Source: an uncultured Candidatus Saccharibacteria bacterium
Lineage (GTDB): Bacteria; Patescibacteriota; UBA1384; XYA2-FULL-43-10; 1-14-0-10-43-13
NCBI GenBank assembly: GCA_964543385.1
Contig: CAZIYE010000001.1
Location: 60,001-92,000 of the forward strand
DNA: 32,000 nt
Direction: 5' to 3'
The translations under genes and the position numbers were made by a program. Shown piece by piece: positions 1 to 7,868 of the stretch. The notes beneath the pieces were generated by a model. That model made no database searches, was not told the origin of the DNA, and saw only the letters and a list, made by a program, of their open reading frames with translations. Every line of letters begins with the position of its first letter. Positions within the stretch are counted from its first letter, which is position 1.

Positions 1-504
1 GCAATAATTATTATCCACCATAATGAATTCGCCAATACTGGTTTTACGACGATAAATGGGGACATCGGAACCTACCCGACTCTGTCCGAGACTGGATTTG
101 ACTCTGTAACTCTGACCGGAACAAACAATGTGGGCAATGGCGTGACTCAGAGCGCCAAAGCAGATCTAATTACCGGGTACAATGCCGCTATTGCCAAGAC
201 ACCCGTCACAACAGTAGCCACCGAGCTTGGTGGCACAACAAAGATTGCCGGGGTTTACGGCTCGGCATCAGGCACCTTTGGCATAACCGGCACCTTGATC
301 CTTGATGCCCAAAACGATCCGGATTCATTATTTATTTTTAAAGCAGATTCAACATTGATCGCAGATGCTGATACAACAGATGTATTTAATTCGCATGACG
401 GCAAAGTTCATCTCAATCTCATCACTTGCGGCGGGGCTTGGAATGAAGTTGCCAAAAGCCACTTCAAACGAATTGTGATATTTACTGATCAAGTTTTAGA
501 CTAG
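1..504 (+). CDS. DUF3494 (ice-binding/adhesin-like) domain protein, 5'-partial, with a C-terminal tail resembling the end of a sortase
   Basis: Frame 1 is open from base 1: ...FANTGFTTINGDIGTYPTL...GNGVTQSAKADLITGYNAAIAKTPVTTVATELGGTTKIAGVYGSASGTFGITGTLILDAQNDPDSLFIFKA is typical of DUF3494. The end, DTTDVFNSHDGKVHLNLITCGGAWNEVAKSHFKRIVIFTDQV, resembles a sortase catalytic-Cys region (LITC..W....K...KR.V.FT). Confidence 0.75.
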   Translation, partial: AIIIIHHNEFANTGFTTINGDIGTYPTLSETGFDSVTLTGTNNVGNGVTQSAKADLITGYNAAIAKTPVTTVATELGGTTKIAGVYGSASGTFGITGTLILDAQNDPDSLFIFKADSTLIADADTTDVFNSHDGKVHLNLITCGGAWNEVAKSHFKRIVIFTDQVLD

Positions 505-617
505 CCTACTCGCTTTATCTTTAATAATTAGTTTTGTGTTGTTGGATATTTATTGAACATATATTTCTTAATGCGAATCTACTGTTGTCCATTAAAATAT
601 ATCTTTTAGCCATAGTT

Positions 618-802
618 ATGTCGGTTGATGGCAAAACCACAAAATGGAATGAGTCAGATATACAATCATGGAGTTCCAAAAAGGACCAAGGATTTTTGGG
701 CTTGGTAAAAATTTGTTAGAGAATATAAAACTTAATCTTATAAAGATTTTTGAACTCAATAAACAGGGAACTTTACTGTCAAAATATAGTATTGATAAAT
801 GA
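618..802 (+). pseudogene. Degraded RibD C-terminal/dihydrofolate reductase-like gene (N-terminal fragment plus frameshifted C-terminal fragment)
   Basis: MSVDGKTTKWNESDIQSWSSKKDQGFLGLVKI (frame 3, stop at 717-719) looks like a RibD-C/DHFR-like N-terminus. It is followed at once in frame 2 by ENIKLNLIKIFELNKQGTLLSKYSIDK* (ends 802), which resembles the family's C-terminal strand. The core is missing. Confidence 0.5.
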
Positions 803-824
803 GCGAGGGGGGGGGATCGAACGG

Positions 825-1118
825 CTAAGCCGGACGACCCCGCGGGCGAGGATAAGTGAGATCGCGCAAGTTAGGCGGTAGCCTATCAACAACTTCGCTA
901 GAAGTCTTGATCAGCTCTTCAGCCCGATGGACAGCATCGCGAAAGACTGCTTCATCGAATGACTTGTACTTACTTAGAAGTAAGTAACATCCGAAATCAT
1001 CAGTCGATTCAGTCAGTAGCCAGTTGCGCAGTAGATGCGCAATGTACTTCGCTCGCAGAGTCTGTTGACTCTGGTAAAAACGAAGGAATGTTATTACTGC
1101 CCCCTCATGCGCTGTCAT
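825..1118 (-). CDS. Small orphan protein, 97 aa (MTAHEGAVITFLRFYQ...PRPRGRPA)
   Basis: ATG at 1118 is preceded by ATAAGGAG-ATCGAGCGAT, a strong Shine-Dalgarno site. The ORF overlaps the end of the upstream small ORF (14 nt), suggesting translational coupling. Confidence 0.6.
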   Translation of the reverse strand: MTAHEGAVITFLRFYQSQQTLRAKYIAHLLRNWLLTESTDDFGCYLLLSKYKSFDEAVFRDAVHRAEELIKTSSEVVDRLPPNLRDLTYPRPRGRPA

Positions 1119-1275
1119 ATCGCTCGATCTCCTTATGCCAGATAACACAGATGCCGACGAATCCGACGGCAATAGCGATGTTGAACGCCCATTCTGGTGC
1201 TTTAGCATCTGCGCAGATCAACAGCGCTGCGAATGCTATCAATAGAATGGCGATCGTTGCGAGTATTTTGAACAT
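1105..1275 (-). CDS. Small membrane protein, 56 aa (MFKILATIAILLIAFAALLICADAKAPEWAFNIAIAVGFVGICVIWHKEIERYDSA)
   Basis: ATG at 1275 with GGAGGTG RBS, hydrophobic segments, and a promoter-like TGGACA-N17-TATAAT directly upstream. Confidence 0.65.
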   Translation of the reverse strand: MFKILATIAILLIAFAALLICADAKAPEWAFNIAIAVGFVGICVIWHKEIERYDSA

Positions 1276-1297
1276 TTTCTCGCACCTCCATATTTTG

Positions 1298-1326
1298 ATT
1301 ATATCATAATTAGTTATTTTTGTCCA
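1298..1326 (-). promoter_or_regulatory. Sigma70-type promoter for the minus-strand small ORFs
   Basis: On the minus strand: TGGACA (revcomp of 1321-1326), 17 nt spacer, TATAAT (revcomp of 1298-1303). Confidence 0.65.
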
Positions 1327-1339
1327 TAAAAACCTTGTA

Positions 1340-1368
1340 TTGACTAAAAACATTAGTAGTAGTATAAT
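1340..1368 (+). promoter_or_regulatory. Sigma70-type promoter for the plus-strand small ORF
   Basis: TTGACT (1340-1345), 17 nt spacer, TATAAT (1363-1368). Confidence 0.7.
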
Positions 1369-1423
1369 ATGTAATAAGAATAGACCCCCGTCTTTTCTAG
1401 AAACCCCATTGGAGGCAACCCCC

Positions 1424-1630
1424 ATGGAAAAAGTGCGCACTAACAGCACAACATCACAGTCTGGGACGCCAACCGTCCCTAAGACGCACAAAAGACAGAC
1501 GTTATCGTCGGGACTAAACGTCGAGGCAGTTTTCGCTATGCTGCACAAGCAGAATAGCGTCACGCCTGATGTCTGTCTCAGCCGGCGCTCCGGCACCCCC
1601 AGCAGCTTAATTGTTAGCCGCCTGAGGTAA
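1424..1630 (+). CDS. Small orphan protein, 68 aa (MEKVRTNSTTSQSGTPTVPKTHKRQTLSSGLNVEAVFAMLHKQNS...)
   Basis: ATG at 1424 with GGAGG about 8 nt upstream, downstream of a good promoter. More GC-rich than the neighbouring genes. Confidence 0.5.
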   Translation: MEKVRTNSTTSQSGTPTVPKTHKRQTLSSGLNVEAVFAMLHKQNSVTPDVCLSRRSGTPSSLIVSRLR

Positions 1631-1674
1631 AAACGCCGTTCCGGTTGCCTGACCATGTGTCAGGCAACCGGAAC
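1629..1674 (-). terminator. Rho-independent terminator of elp3, possibly bidirectional
   Basis: Perfect 16-bp inverted repeat GTTCCGGTTGCCTGAC (1638-1653) / GTCAGGCAACCGGAAC (1659-1674) with a 5-nt loop. On the minus strand it is followed by GGCGTTTTT. It lies just past the elp3 stop codon, with another T-run at 1687-1692 on the plus strand. Confidence 0.8.
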
Positions 1675-1679
1675 ATCCC

Positions 1680-3302
1680 TTAAAGATTTTTTATCATATA
1701 AGTATCTTTTTCTATATATCCAATATTTCTGAAGTATCCCCTGACACCAACTCCAGCAATAACAGCAATTTTATCCAATAAATACTCATTCTTTGTTATC
1801 TTTTCAGCCTCTGATACCAATATTCTGCCAAAACCTTGATGCTGAGCAGCCTGACCACTTTTTTGTCCAATTCTCACTTGCGGACCATAAGTATGAATTT
1901 CACGAATTAGGGCACTATCCTCCAACGCTTTTATGAAGTGTTTTTTCTTTGAATTATATTGAGAGACGATTCTCAACCTAAGCATGCTATATAGTTGAGA
2001 TTTATCTAATGATTCAATAGACAGAAAAATATCTTTTCCATCGGCAGAGTCATAGTCTTCTCTGAATAATTTCCATTCTGTCAATTTATCAAATCTACTC
2101 TTTACCTCTCGACAACGTACGCAATGACATCTTTTGCCGTTTTTTGCCAAAGTAATTTCAACTTCTTGACGAAGATTAGACACTTTTGAACCACCTTCAA
2201 CTATAGAATCGGCTGGTATGTCGCGGATGACACGTTCAATTCTACAGTAGTAGGGAATATATTCCTTGATTTTACATATCAAATCGATTAACTGTTCTTT
2301 TGTATAAGGTTTGTATTCTCCCTTTTCGTATAAACCATAAGCGCCAGATTCTTTTACTAGAGCCATCGGATATATCTTCAGATGGTCAGGTTGATATCGA
2401 CTATCTTCAAACATCGTTTTGAACATCGAGAGATCTAGGTCGGAATCAGACCCGGGAAGATTTAACATCATCTGATATGAAACTTTAAATCCAGCATCTT
2501 TGAGCAGTTTTGTTGCTTCTACAGTATCAGTATCGGTATTACCACGATTATTAAATTTCAAAACTTTATCGTATATAGACTGCACACCAAGCTCTACTTT
2601 TGTAACCCCAAGCCAACGCAAACGACGAATCTCGGCCTTGTTTATATAATCCTGCCTAGTTTCTATTGAAATTTCTACAATTCGATGTTCGGCAGTCTCA
2701 TTATTTTTCTGCAATTCATCAAGTTTCCTGTTTTTAAGTTCAAATTTAGTGCCAAAATCATTTGCAGCTTCAAATATTCTTTTAATAAACCATGTTTGGT
2801 AGCTCTTGGGATAATAAGACCAGGTACCGCCAATAATACGGATATTCAATTTATCAGTTATATGGCCAACAGCATCCAGAGCCTTCAAGCGGCTTTGAGT
2901 TTGTAAATATGGGTCATATCTACATGTTATTGCTCTCATTACGGCTGGTTCATTACTAAAATAGCTTTTAGGTACATCTTTTTCTGTTGGACAATAAATA
3001 CACTTACCAGGACATTCATATGGTTTTGTTAAAACCGATATTACAACGATTCCGGAAAGTGATCGGGTATTTTTCAAAATCAAAATTTTTTCTAATAAAA
3101 GATCTCTCTTGATTATTTTATTGGAGAGCAGATTATGATAAGCTTCAAGTATCTTATCATTTGTCAGCATTTCAGTTTTCTCTATTTTGCAAAATTGCCT
3201 CTTTGATTTATCCAAATCTTTGCGGCTCGAAATAGGTTGATCCAATATACCAACTATAAATTTTTCAGATAAAGTTAAATCCATGAATAAAGAATACGCC
3301 AA
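1680..3302 (-). CDS. elp3: Elp3-family tRNA U34 carboxymethylation enzyme (radical SAM + GNAT)
   Basis: 540-aa ORF with radical SAM motif CPGKCIYCPTEKDVPKSYFSNEPAVMRA and C-terminal GNAT HQGFGRILVSEAEKI. The start may be the internal Met (MDLTLSEKF) near 3284. Confidence 0.93.
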   Translation of the reverse strand: MAYSLFMDLTLSEKFIVGILDQPISSRKDLDKSKRQFCKIEKTEMLTNDKILEAYHNLLSNKIIKRDLLLEKILILKNTRSLSGIVVISVLTKPYECPGKCIYCPTEKDVPKSYFSNEPAVMRAITCRYDPYLQTQSRLKALDAVGHITDKLNIRIIGGTWSYYPKSYQTWFIKRIFEAANDFGTKFELKNRKLDELQKNNETAEHRIVEISIETRQDYINKAEIRRLRWLGVTKVELGVQSIYDKVLKFNNRGNTDTDTVEATKLLKDAGFKVSYQMMLNLPGSDSDLDLSMFKTMFEDSRYQPDHLKIYPMALVKESGAYGLYEKGEYKPYTKEQLIDLICKIKEYIPYYCRIERVIRDIPADSIVEGGSKVSNLRQEVEITLAKNGKRCHCVRCREVKSRFDKLTEWKLFREDYDSADGKDIFLSIESLDKSQLYSMLRLRIVSQYNSKKKHFIKALEDSALIREIHTYGPQVRIGQKSGQAAQHQGFGRILVSEAEKITKNEYLLDKIAVIAGVGVRGYFRNIGYIEKDTYMIKNL

Positions 3303-3960
3303 AAAAATTATTAATAAAACAACTGATGATTATAACAGGATTGCCGAGCATTGGTCAAGGAAAAGGTGGCGATTACCTAGCGATATTCTCGCCTTAACAG
3401 ATTATATAAAAGAAGGGGATAAAGTACTTGATTTGGGATGTGGTAACGGATATTTTTATGACGAAGTCATAAATAAAAAAGCAGATTATACTGGCGCTGA
3501 TGTGTCAGAAAATCAATTAAAGGTCTGTAAAAGATTACATCCAAATGCTAATTTAGTTTTAACAGAAGCCCTAAAACTACCATTTAATAATAACACTTTT
3601 GATAAAATATTTTGCCTCTCGACTATTCATCATATCCCCAGTGAGGAATTTCAACTGGACTTCCTCAGGGAGATCAACAGAACTCTAAAGAAAGATGGCC
3701 GATTGTATTTAACCGCTTGGAATCTATCCGACCAAGAACTTATTCATGATCACAAAAAGATAGATAAAGAGGGCAATATTCTCTATCCATTCAAAGATTC
3801 AGATGGAATGACGATGGTAGATAGATTCATTCACATCTTCACAATTGATGAATTAATAAAACTGGTAAAGTCAGCAGATCTTGAAGCCATAGATTCAAAG
3901 ATTGTTAGTAGAGGTTACGGCAAATTCTCCAATAATCTAGTTATTGCTCAGAAGAAATAG
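3283..3960 (+). CDS. Class I SAM-dependent methyltransferase, Trm9/ALKBH8-like
   Basis: YNRIAEHWSRKRW...KVLDLGCGNGYF (SAM motif I), ...LKLPFNNNTFDKIFCLSTIHHI..., and C-terminal FIHIFTIDELIKLVKSADL resembling the Trm9 family. Confidence 0.8.
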   Translation: MNKEYAKKIINKTTDDYNRIAEHWSRKRWRLPSDILALTDYIKEGDKVLDLGCGNGYFYDEVINKKADYTGADVSENQLKVCKRLHPNANLVLTEALKLPFNNNTFDKIFCLSTIHHIPSEEFQLDFLREINRTLKKDGRLYLTAWNLSDQELIHDHKKIDKEGNILYPFKDSDGMTMVDRFIHIFTIDELIKLVKSADLEAIDSKIVSRGYGKFSNNLVIAQKK

Positions 3961-4010
3961 TTGCTGTCATATTTCTTTACACTTTTATAGTTTAGATCTA
4001 TACTAGAAAT

Positions 4011-5282
4011 ATGACGAACATAAACCGAACACTTTTTCATAATAGTTCTAACACCCCGCTGGCCGAAAAACTCAGGCCGTTAACTTTTGAAGACTACATA
4101 GGCCAGGAACATATTTTGTCTGAAGGGAAAATATTGCGCCGGATTATAGAATCTGATCGCATTATCCCAATGATTTTTTGGGGACCTCCTGGCTGTGGCA
4201 AAACTACTCTGGCCCAAATTATTGCCGAGATAACAAATTCTAAATTCGTATTTTTTTCTGCAGTCACTGGAGGTATAGCTGATGCCAAGAAAATTATAGA
4301 ACAAGCTAGAAGTGACCTCGAACTATATCAAGCCAAAACTATACTTTTTATTGATGAAATTCATCGTTTTAACAAGTCACAACAGGATTATCTTTTACCA
4401 CATGTAGAGAAGGGAACGATCACGTTACTTGGAGCTACTACTGAAAATCCCTCCTTTCAGGTTAATGCACCGCTACTATCTAGAGCCCGAGTATTCCATT
4501 TTCGCGAGATCACTCCTGATTGCATACAAAGTATGATCAAGGGTGCTGTTAAGAAGATTGAGTCAAATCCCCAAAAATACTTTCCCAAAATATTTCTACT
4601 CGAGCAAAAAATCAAAATTAAGATAGACAAAGATGCACTCACACAAATTTCACAGCTTTGCGAAGGAGACGCCAGGGATGCATATAATGCTCTAGAATTA
4701 GCGATTATCTCTTCTCCAATAGATGATGATAAAATCACAATTACAAAAGAAACAGCCGAAGAATCAATCCAGCAAAAATTTATCCGTTACGACAAAGGTG
4801 CTGATGGCCATTATGACGCCATTTCTGCCCTACACAAATCCATAAGGGCAAGTGACGTAGACGCCGCCCTACATTATACAGCTAGAATGCTTGAGGCAGG
4901 AGAAGATCCTCTGTATGTGGTCCGTAGATTGGTTCGATTTGCCTCAGAAGATATAGGCATGGCAGACCCTCAAGCTCTCATTCTAGCCATCTCAGTATTA
5001 GAGACAGTGCGTTTTCTTGGCATGCCAGAGTCTAATGATGCGATTGCAGAGCTAGTGATTTATCTCTCTCTGGGCCCAAAATCAAGAGCCGTTGATGAAG
5101 CTTATGCAGCAGCAAAAGCAGATATATTAAATAAACGCCTAGATCCAATTCCTCTCAGAATTCGTAATGCTGAGACTAAATTGATGAAGGATTTTGGCTA
5201 CGGCAAAGATTATAAAATGTATGACAAAGAGACAAATCTGCCAGAAAATTTAAAGGGCAAAAAGTATTGGTCAGATAAATAG
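4011..5282 (+). CDS. rarA: Replication-associated recombination AAA+ ATPase RarA/MgsA
   Basis: PLAEKLRPLTFEDYIGQEHIL, Walker A GPPGCGKTTLA, Walker B LFIDEIHRFNKSQQD, and RarA C-terminal domain ...YLSLGPKSRAVDEAYAAAK. Confidence 0.95.
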   Translation: MTNINRTLFHNSSNTPLAEKLRPLTFEDYIGQEHILSEGKILRRIIESDRIIPMIFWGPPGCGKTTLAQIIAEITNSKFVFFSAVTGGIADAKKIIEQARSDLELYQAKTILFIDEIHRFNKSQQDYLLPHVEKGTITLLGATTENPSFQVNAPLLSRARVFHFREITPDCIQSMIKGAVKKIESNPQKYFPKIFLLEQKIKIKIDKDALTQISQLCEGDARDAYNALELAIISSPIDDDKITITKETAEESIQQKFIRYDKGADGHYDAISALHKSIRASDVDAALHYTARMLEAGEDPLYVVRRLVRFASEDIGMADPQALILAISVLETVRFLGMPESNDAIAELVIYLSLGPKSRAVDEAYAAAKADILNKRLDPIPLRIRNAETKLMKDFGYGKDYKMYDKETNLPENLKGKKYWSDK

Positions 5283-5287
5283 AACTT

Positions 5288-6118
5288 TTATTTTTTCTCT
5301 TCTGCATTTTCCTTCTCAGCATTAATTGCGCCATCTGGACAAACACGGTTACAATTATTACAACCAATACACTTTTCTAGGTCAACCTCGGGAACAGGTG
5401 TTGCAAAAACACCCAGGATACTACCAAATTTCAAAGCTTTTACCGGGCACTTCTCTATGCATATACCACATCCCTTGCATCTAGAGGGAACTATTTCTAT
5501 TTTTTTACCAAATCCCTTAGATAAAATCTTCCTTGTGGATGGAGAGAAAGCAGGATCAGTGAAATTATCAACCTCAAAAACCAAATCCCAACCAAACTCG
5601 AAAGCATCGTTATTAGCTTTTTTGACTTTTTCGTCATGAAATTTCTTACCGAGAACACCGGCAACCGCTTCCCATGTTTTCTCTTTATTAAAGTTTAATA
5701 TATTACTTAATTTTGCAGTAATAATAGTATTAAAAACTTTTGGAGTAAACCGCTGGTAAGCGTATTTAGTTGCTGGAGCAGCAAACAGATGTGTGGAAAG
5801 TTTTGGCAACTCAGCTACATCTATTGTTGAGCTATCAAATATGACCTTCGAATTTGGAGATATAAAGTCAGAGGCTATATGAATCGCTCTTTTCTGGAGA
5901 ATTATCACATAGTCAGCAACATTAAAGCGAGGATAATTTATCTCTCCTTTGGCAATAGTTATAAAAGCAGTTGAAGGAGTTCCTCGCTGTTCCACACCAA
6001 AAGATGGAATATAGGTAACATCATACCCAGAATTTGCGGCCGCATCAGTCAACACTTTTGCTATAGTCTGAATTCCCTGACCGCCTTCGCCAGTCAAGAG
6101 TATTTTTATCTGATTCAT
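5288..6118 (-). CDS. 2-oxoacid:ferredoxin oxidoreductase gamma subunit fused to a 2x[4Fe-4S] ferredoxin (delta) domain
   Basis: N-term ILLTGEGGQGIQTIAKVL...SFGVEQRGTPS; C-term CKGCGICIEKCP...CIGCNNCNRVCPDGAI. Confidence 0.92.
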   Translation of the reverse strand: MNQIKILLTGEGGQGIQTIAKVLTDAAANSGYDVTYIPSFGVEQRGTPSTAFITIAKGEINYPRFNVADYVIILQKRAIHIASDFISPNSKVIFDSSTIDVAELPKLSTHLFAAPATKYAYQRFTPKVFNTIITAKLSNILNFNKEKTWEAVAGVLGKKFHDEKVKKANNDAFEFGWDLVFEVDNFTDPAFSPSTRKILSKGFGKKIEIVPSRCKGCGICIEKCPVKALKFGSILGVFATPVPEVDLEKCIGCNNCNRVCPDGAINAEKENAEEKK

Positions 6119-6831
6119 TTAACCTCCCCGATAGGATAGAAAGCTTCCATTTCTTTCAATTTTGCAAGGCTATCCTTAGCATTGGTTTTCCAGTTTGTTG
6201 GACAAATGGACAAAACTTCAACCATAGAAAAACCTTTTTGGTCTTGTTGATGCAAAATAGCTTTTTTTATCAAATTTCTAAGTTGTATAGAATTTGAGAT
6301 TGAAGCACGAGCAATAAAAGCATCGGGAGAAGCGACCTTCCTAAGTAATTCAGGACCAAAGAAACCACTGCCGAGATCCTGATTTTTGCCTTTAGGAGAA
6401 GTAGGAGTTACCATTCCCATAGGAGTAGCCGGAGACATTTGCCCACCCGTCATACCATATAGCTCATTATTGATTACAATCGCAGTGATAGGCTCGTTTC
6501 TATATGCTGCATGAATCATCGCCTGCAATCCGATTGCATATCCGCCGCCATCACCCATATAGGCAATTGCTATTCTGTTTGGTCTTACTTTCTTATAGCC
6601 AACCATTACGGATGTTGTTCGACCATGATGGGTTTGCACAGTATCCATATTAAAAAAGTCCCAAGCAAGTAATGAACAACCAATATCTATTCCTAATGTA
6701 GTTTTATCAGCAACATCCAATTCATCAATGGCGAAGCCCAAATGTTTAAGTGCAGTGCCATGACCACAACCTGGGCAAAAAAAGTGAGGTTTGCTTGAGA
6801 CATTCCAGACTTTTGGCATTATTTTATCCAT
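6115..6831 (-). CDS. korB: 2-oxoacid:ferredoxin oxidoreductase beta subunit (TPP-binding)
   Basis: FCPGCGHGTALKHL, GIDIGCSL, GDGGGYAIGLQAMIHAAYRNEPITAIVINNELYGMTGGQMSPATPMG. 4-nt overlap with the gamma-delta gene. Confidence 0.93.
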   Translation of the reverse strand: MDKIMPKVWNVSSKPHFFCPGCGHGTALKHLGFAIDELDVADKTTLGIDIGCSLLAWDFFNMDTVQTHHGRTTSVMVGYKKVRPNRIAIAYMGDGGGYAIGLQAMIHAAYRNEPITAIVINNELYGMTGGQMSPATPMGMVTPTSPKGKNQDLGSGFFGPELLRKVASPDAFIARASISNSIQLRNLIKKAILHQQDQKGFSMVEVLSICPTNWKTNAKDSLAKLKEMEAFYPIGEVK

Positions 6832-7861
6832 TATGTTTCCTTATTTCTTTAATAATCTCATCTGGAGTAAAGCCCTGAGCCGGTTTATTAATCTCGATAA
6901 TATCCAGCTTCATCCCCGACAATTCATATTTAATCAAACGAGAAAGTTGATTCAATGCTGACTCCACGATAAAGACTCTTTTTTTACCAACAACTGCTGC
7001 CTTTAATCCTTTTACATCAAGAGGATGAAGTGTTATCGGACGGAATAATCCAATCTTAGACTTTCCCTTCCGGAAAAAAGAGACGGCTTCCTTTGCCGCG
7101 CTAGCAACTAAACCATGAGAAATAATCAGATCTCTAGCATCATCAATTCTAAAACTTTCGGATTCGATAATTTTAGTTTTTAAGGCATTCCAATCAGCGA
7201 CATTTTTTGCCAGCATTTCACCAAATTCTGACTCTGAGCTGTAACAGTTTCGTAGATGAGTAGGCTCCTTTGTCTCTAATAAAATTTTTTCAGATTGAAT
7301 TGGTTTTATCTGTTTTTTTAAGACAACGTTTTGCTTCATTTTTCCCAAATAACCATCACCCAAGACAATGGTAGGAAAACGATATTTCCAAGCAGCAGAA
7401 AATGCCTTTATCACAAGATCATACATTTCGGCAACCGAGGAAGCAGAATAGACTATGCGCAAACCATCACCATTACCGCCAAATGCCGCCAAATGGACTT
7501 CCTGTTGGGAAAAATTAACCGTTCCAGTAGATGGACCTCCACGTTGCATCATAATACCAACAAAAGGAAGCCTCATATTTTCTGCCATCGATATAGCATC
7601 TTGCAATAATATATGGCCTGGTCCGGCAGAAGCCGTAAAAGCCTTTACTCCACCTAGGACAGCACCGAGAACACCAAAACCCGCAGCAATTTCATCCTCT
7701 GTCTGAAGACAGATCAGACTGTTATCCTTTTGAGCCTTAGCGATAAACCCTTCCAAAATTTCTGTTGCTGGTGTTATCGGATAGCCAAATATCGCTTTAG
7801 CGCCAGCATCAATAGCGCCAAGAACAGCAGCTTCATTACCAGTAATAAGCATCTTCTCCAT
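6824..7861 (-). CDS. korA: 2-oxoacid:ferredoxin oxidoreductase alpha subunit
   Basis: LITGNEAAVLGAIDAGAKAIFGYPITPATEILE...TASAGPGHILLQDAISMAENMRLPFVGIMMQRGGPSTG. Confidence 0.93.
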   Translation of the reverse strand: MEKMLITGNEAAVLGAIDAGAKAIFGYPITPATEILEGFIAKAQKDNSLICLQTEDEIAAGFGVLGAVLGGVKAFTASAGPGHILLQDAISMAENMRLPFVGIMMQRGGPSTGTVNFSQQEVHLAAFGGNGDGLRIVYSASSVAEMYDLVIKAFSAAWKYRFPTIVLGDGYLGKMKQNVVLKKQIKPIQSEKILLETKEPTHLRNCYSSESEFGEMLAKNVADWNALKTKIIESESFRIDDARDLIISHGLVASAAKEAVSFFRKGKSKIGLFRPITLHPLDVKGLKAAVVGKKRVFIVESALNQLSRLIKYELSGMKLDIIEINKPAQGFTPDEIIKEIRKHNG

Positions 7862-7868
7862 GTTATCC

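Noticed and set aside
534-719. 61-aa plus ORF starting MCCWIFIEHIF
   Set aside because: Only the segment from Met 618 resembles a protein family, and it is truncated. The upstream portion is AT-rich noncoding-looking sequence, so I called a pseudogene fragment from 618.
959-1309. 116-aa plus ORF overlapping the small minus-strand genes
   Set aside because: No RBS, no recognisable motif, and opposite to two SD-led minus ORFs and a minus-strand promoter.
1105-1656. Long 183-aa minus-strand ORF from the ORF track
   Set aside because: Its N-terminal two thirds run through the perfect terminator hairpin end, a strong plus-strand promoter and an SD-led plus ORF. The SD and promoter evidence supports only the internal start at 1275.
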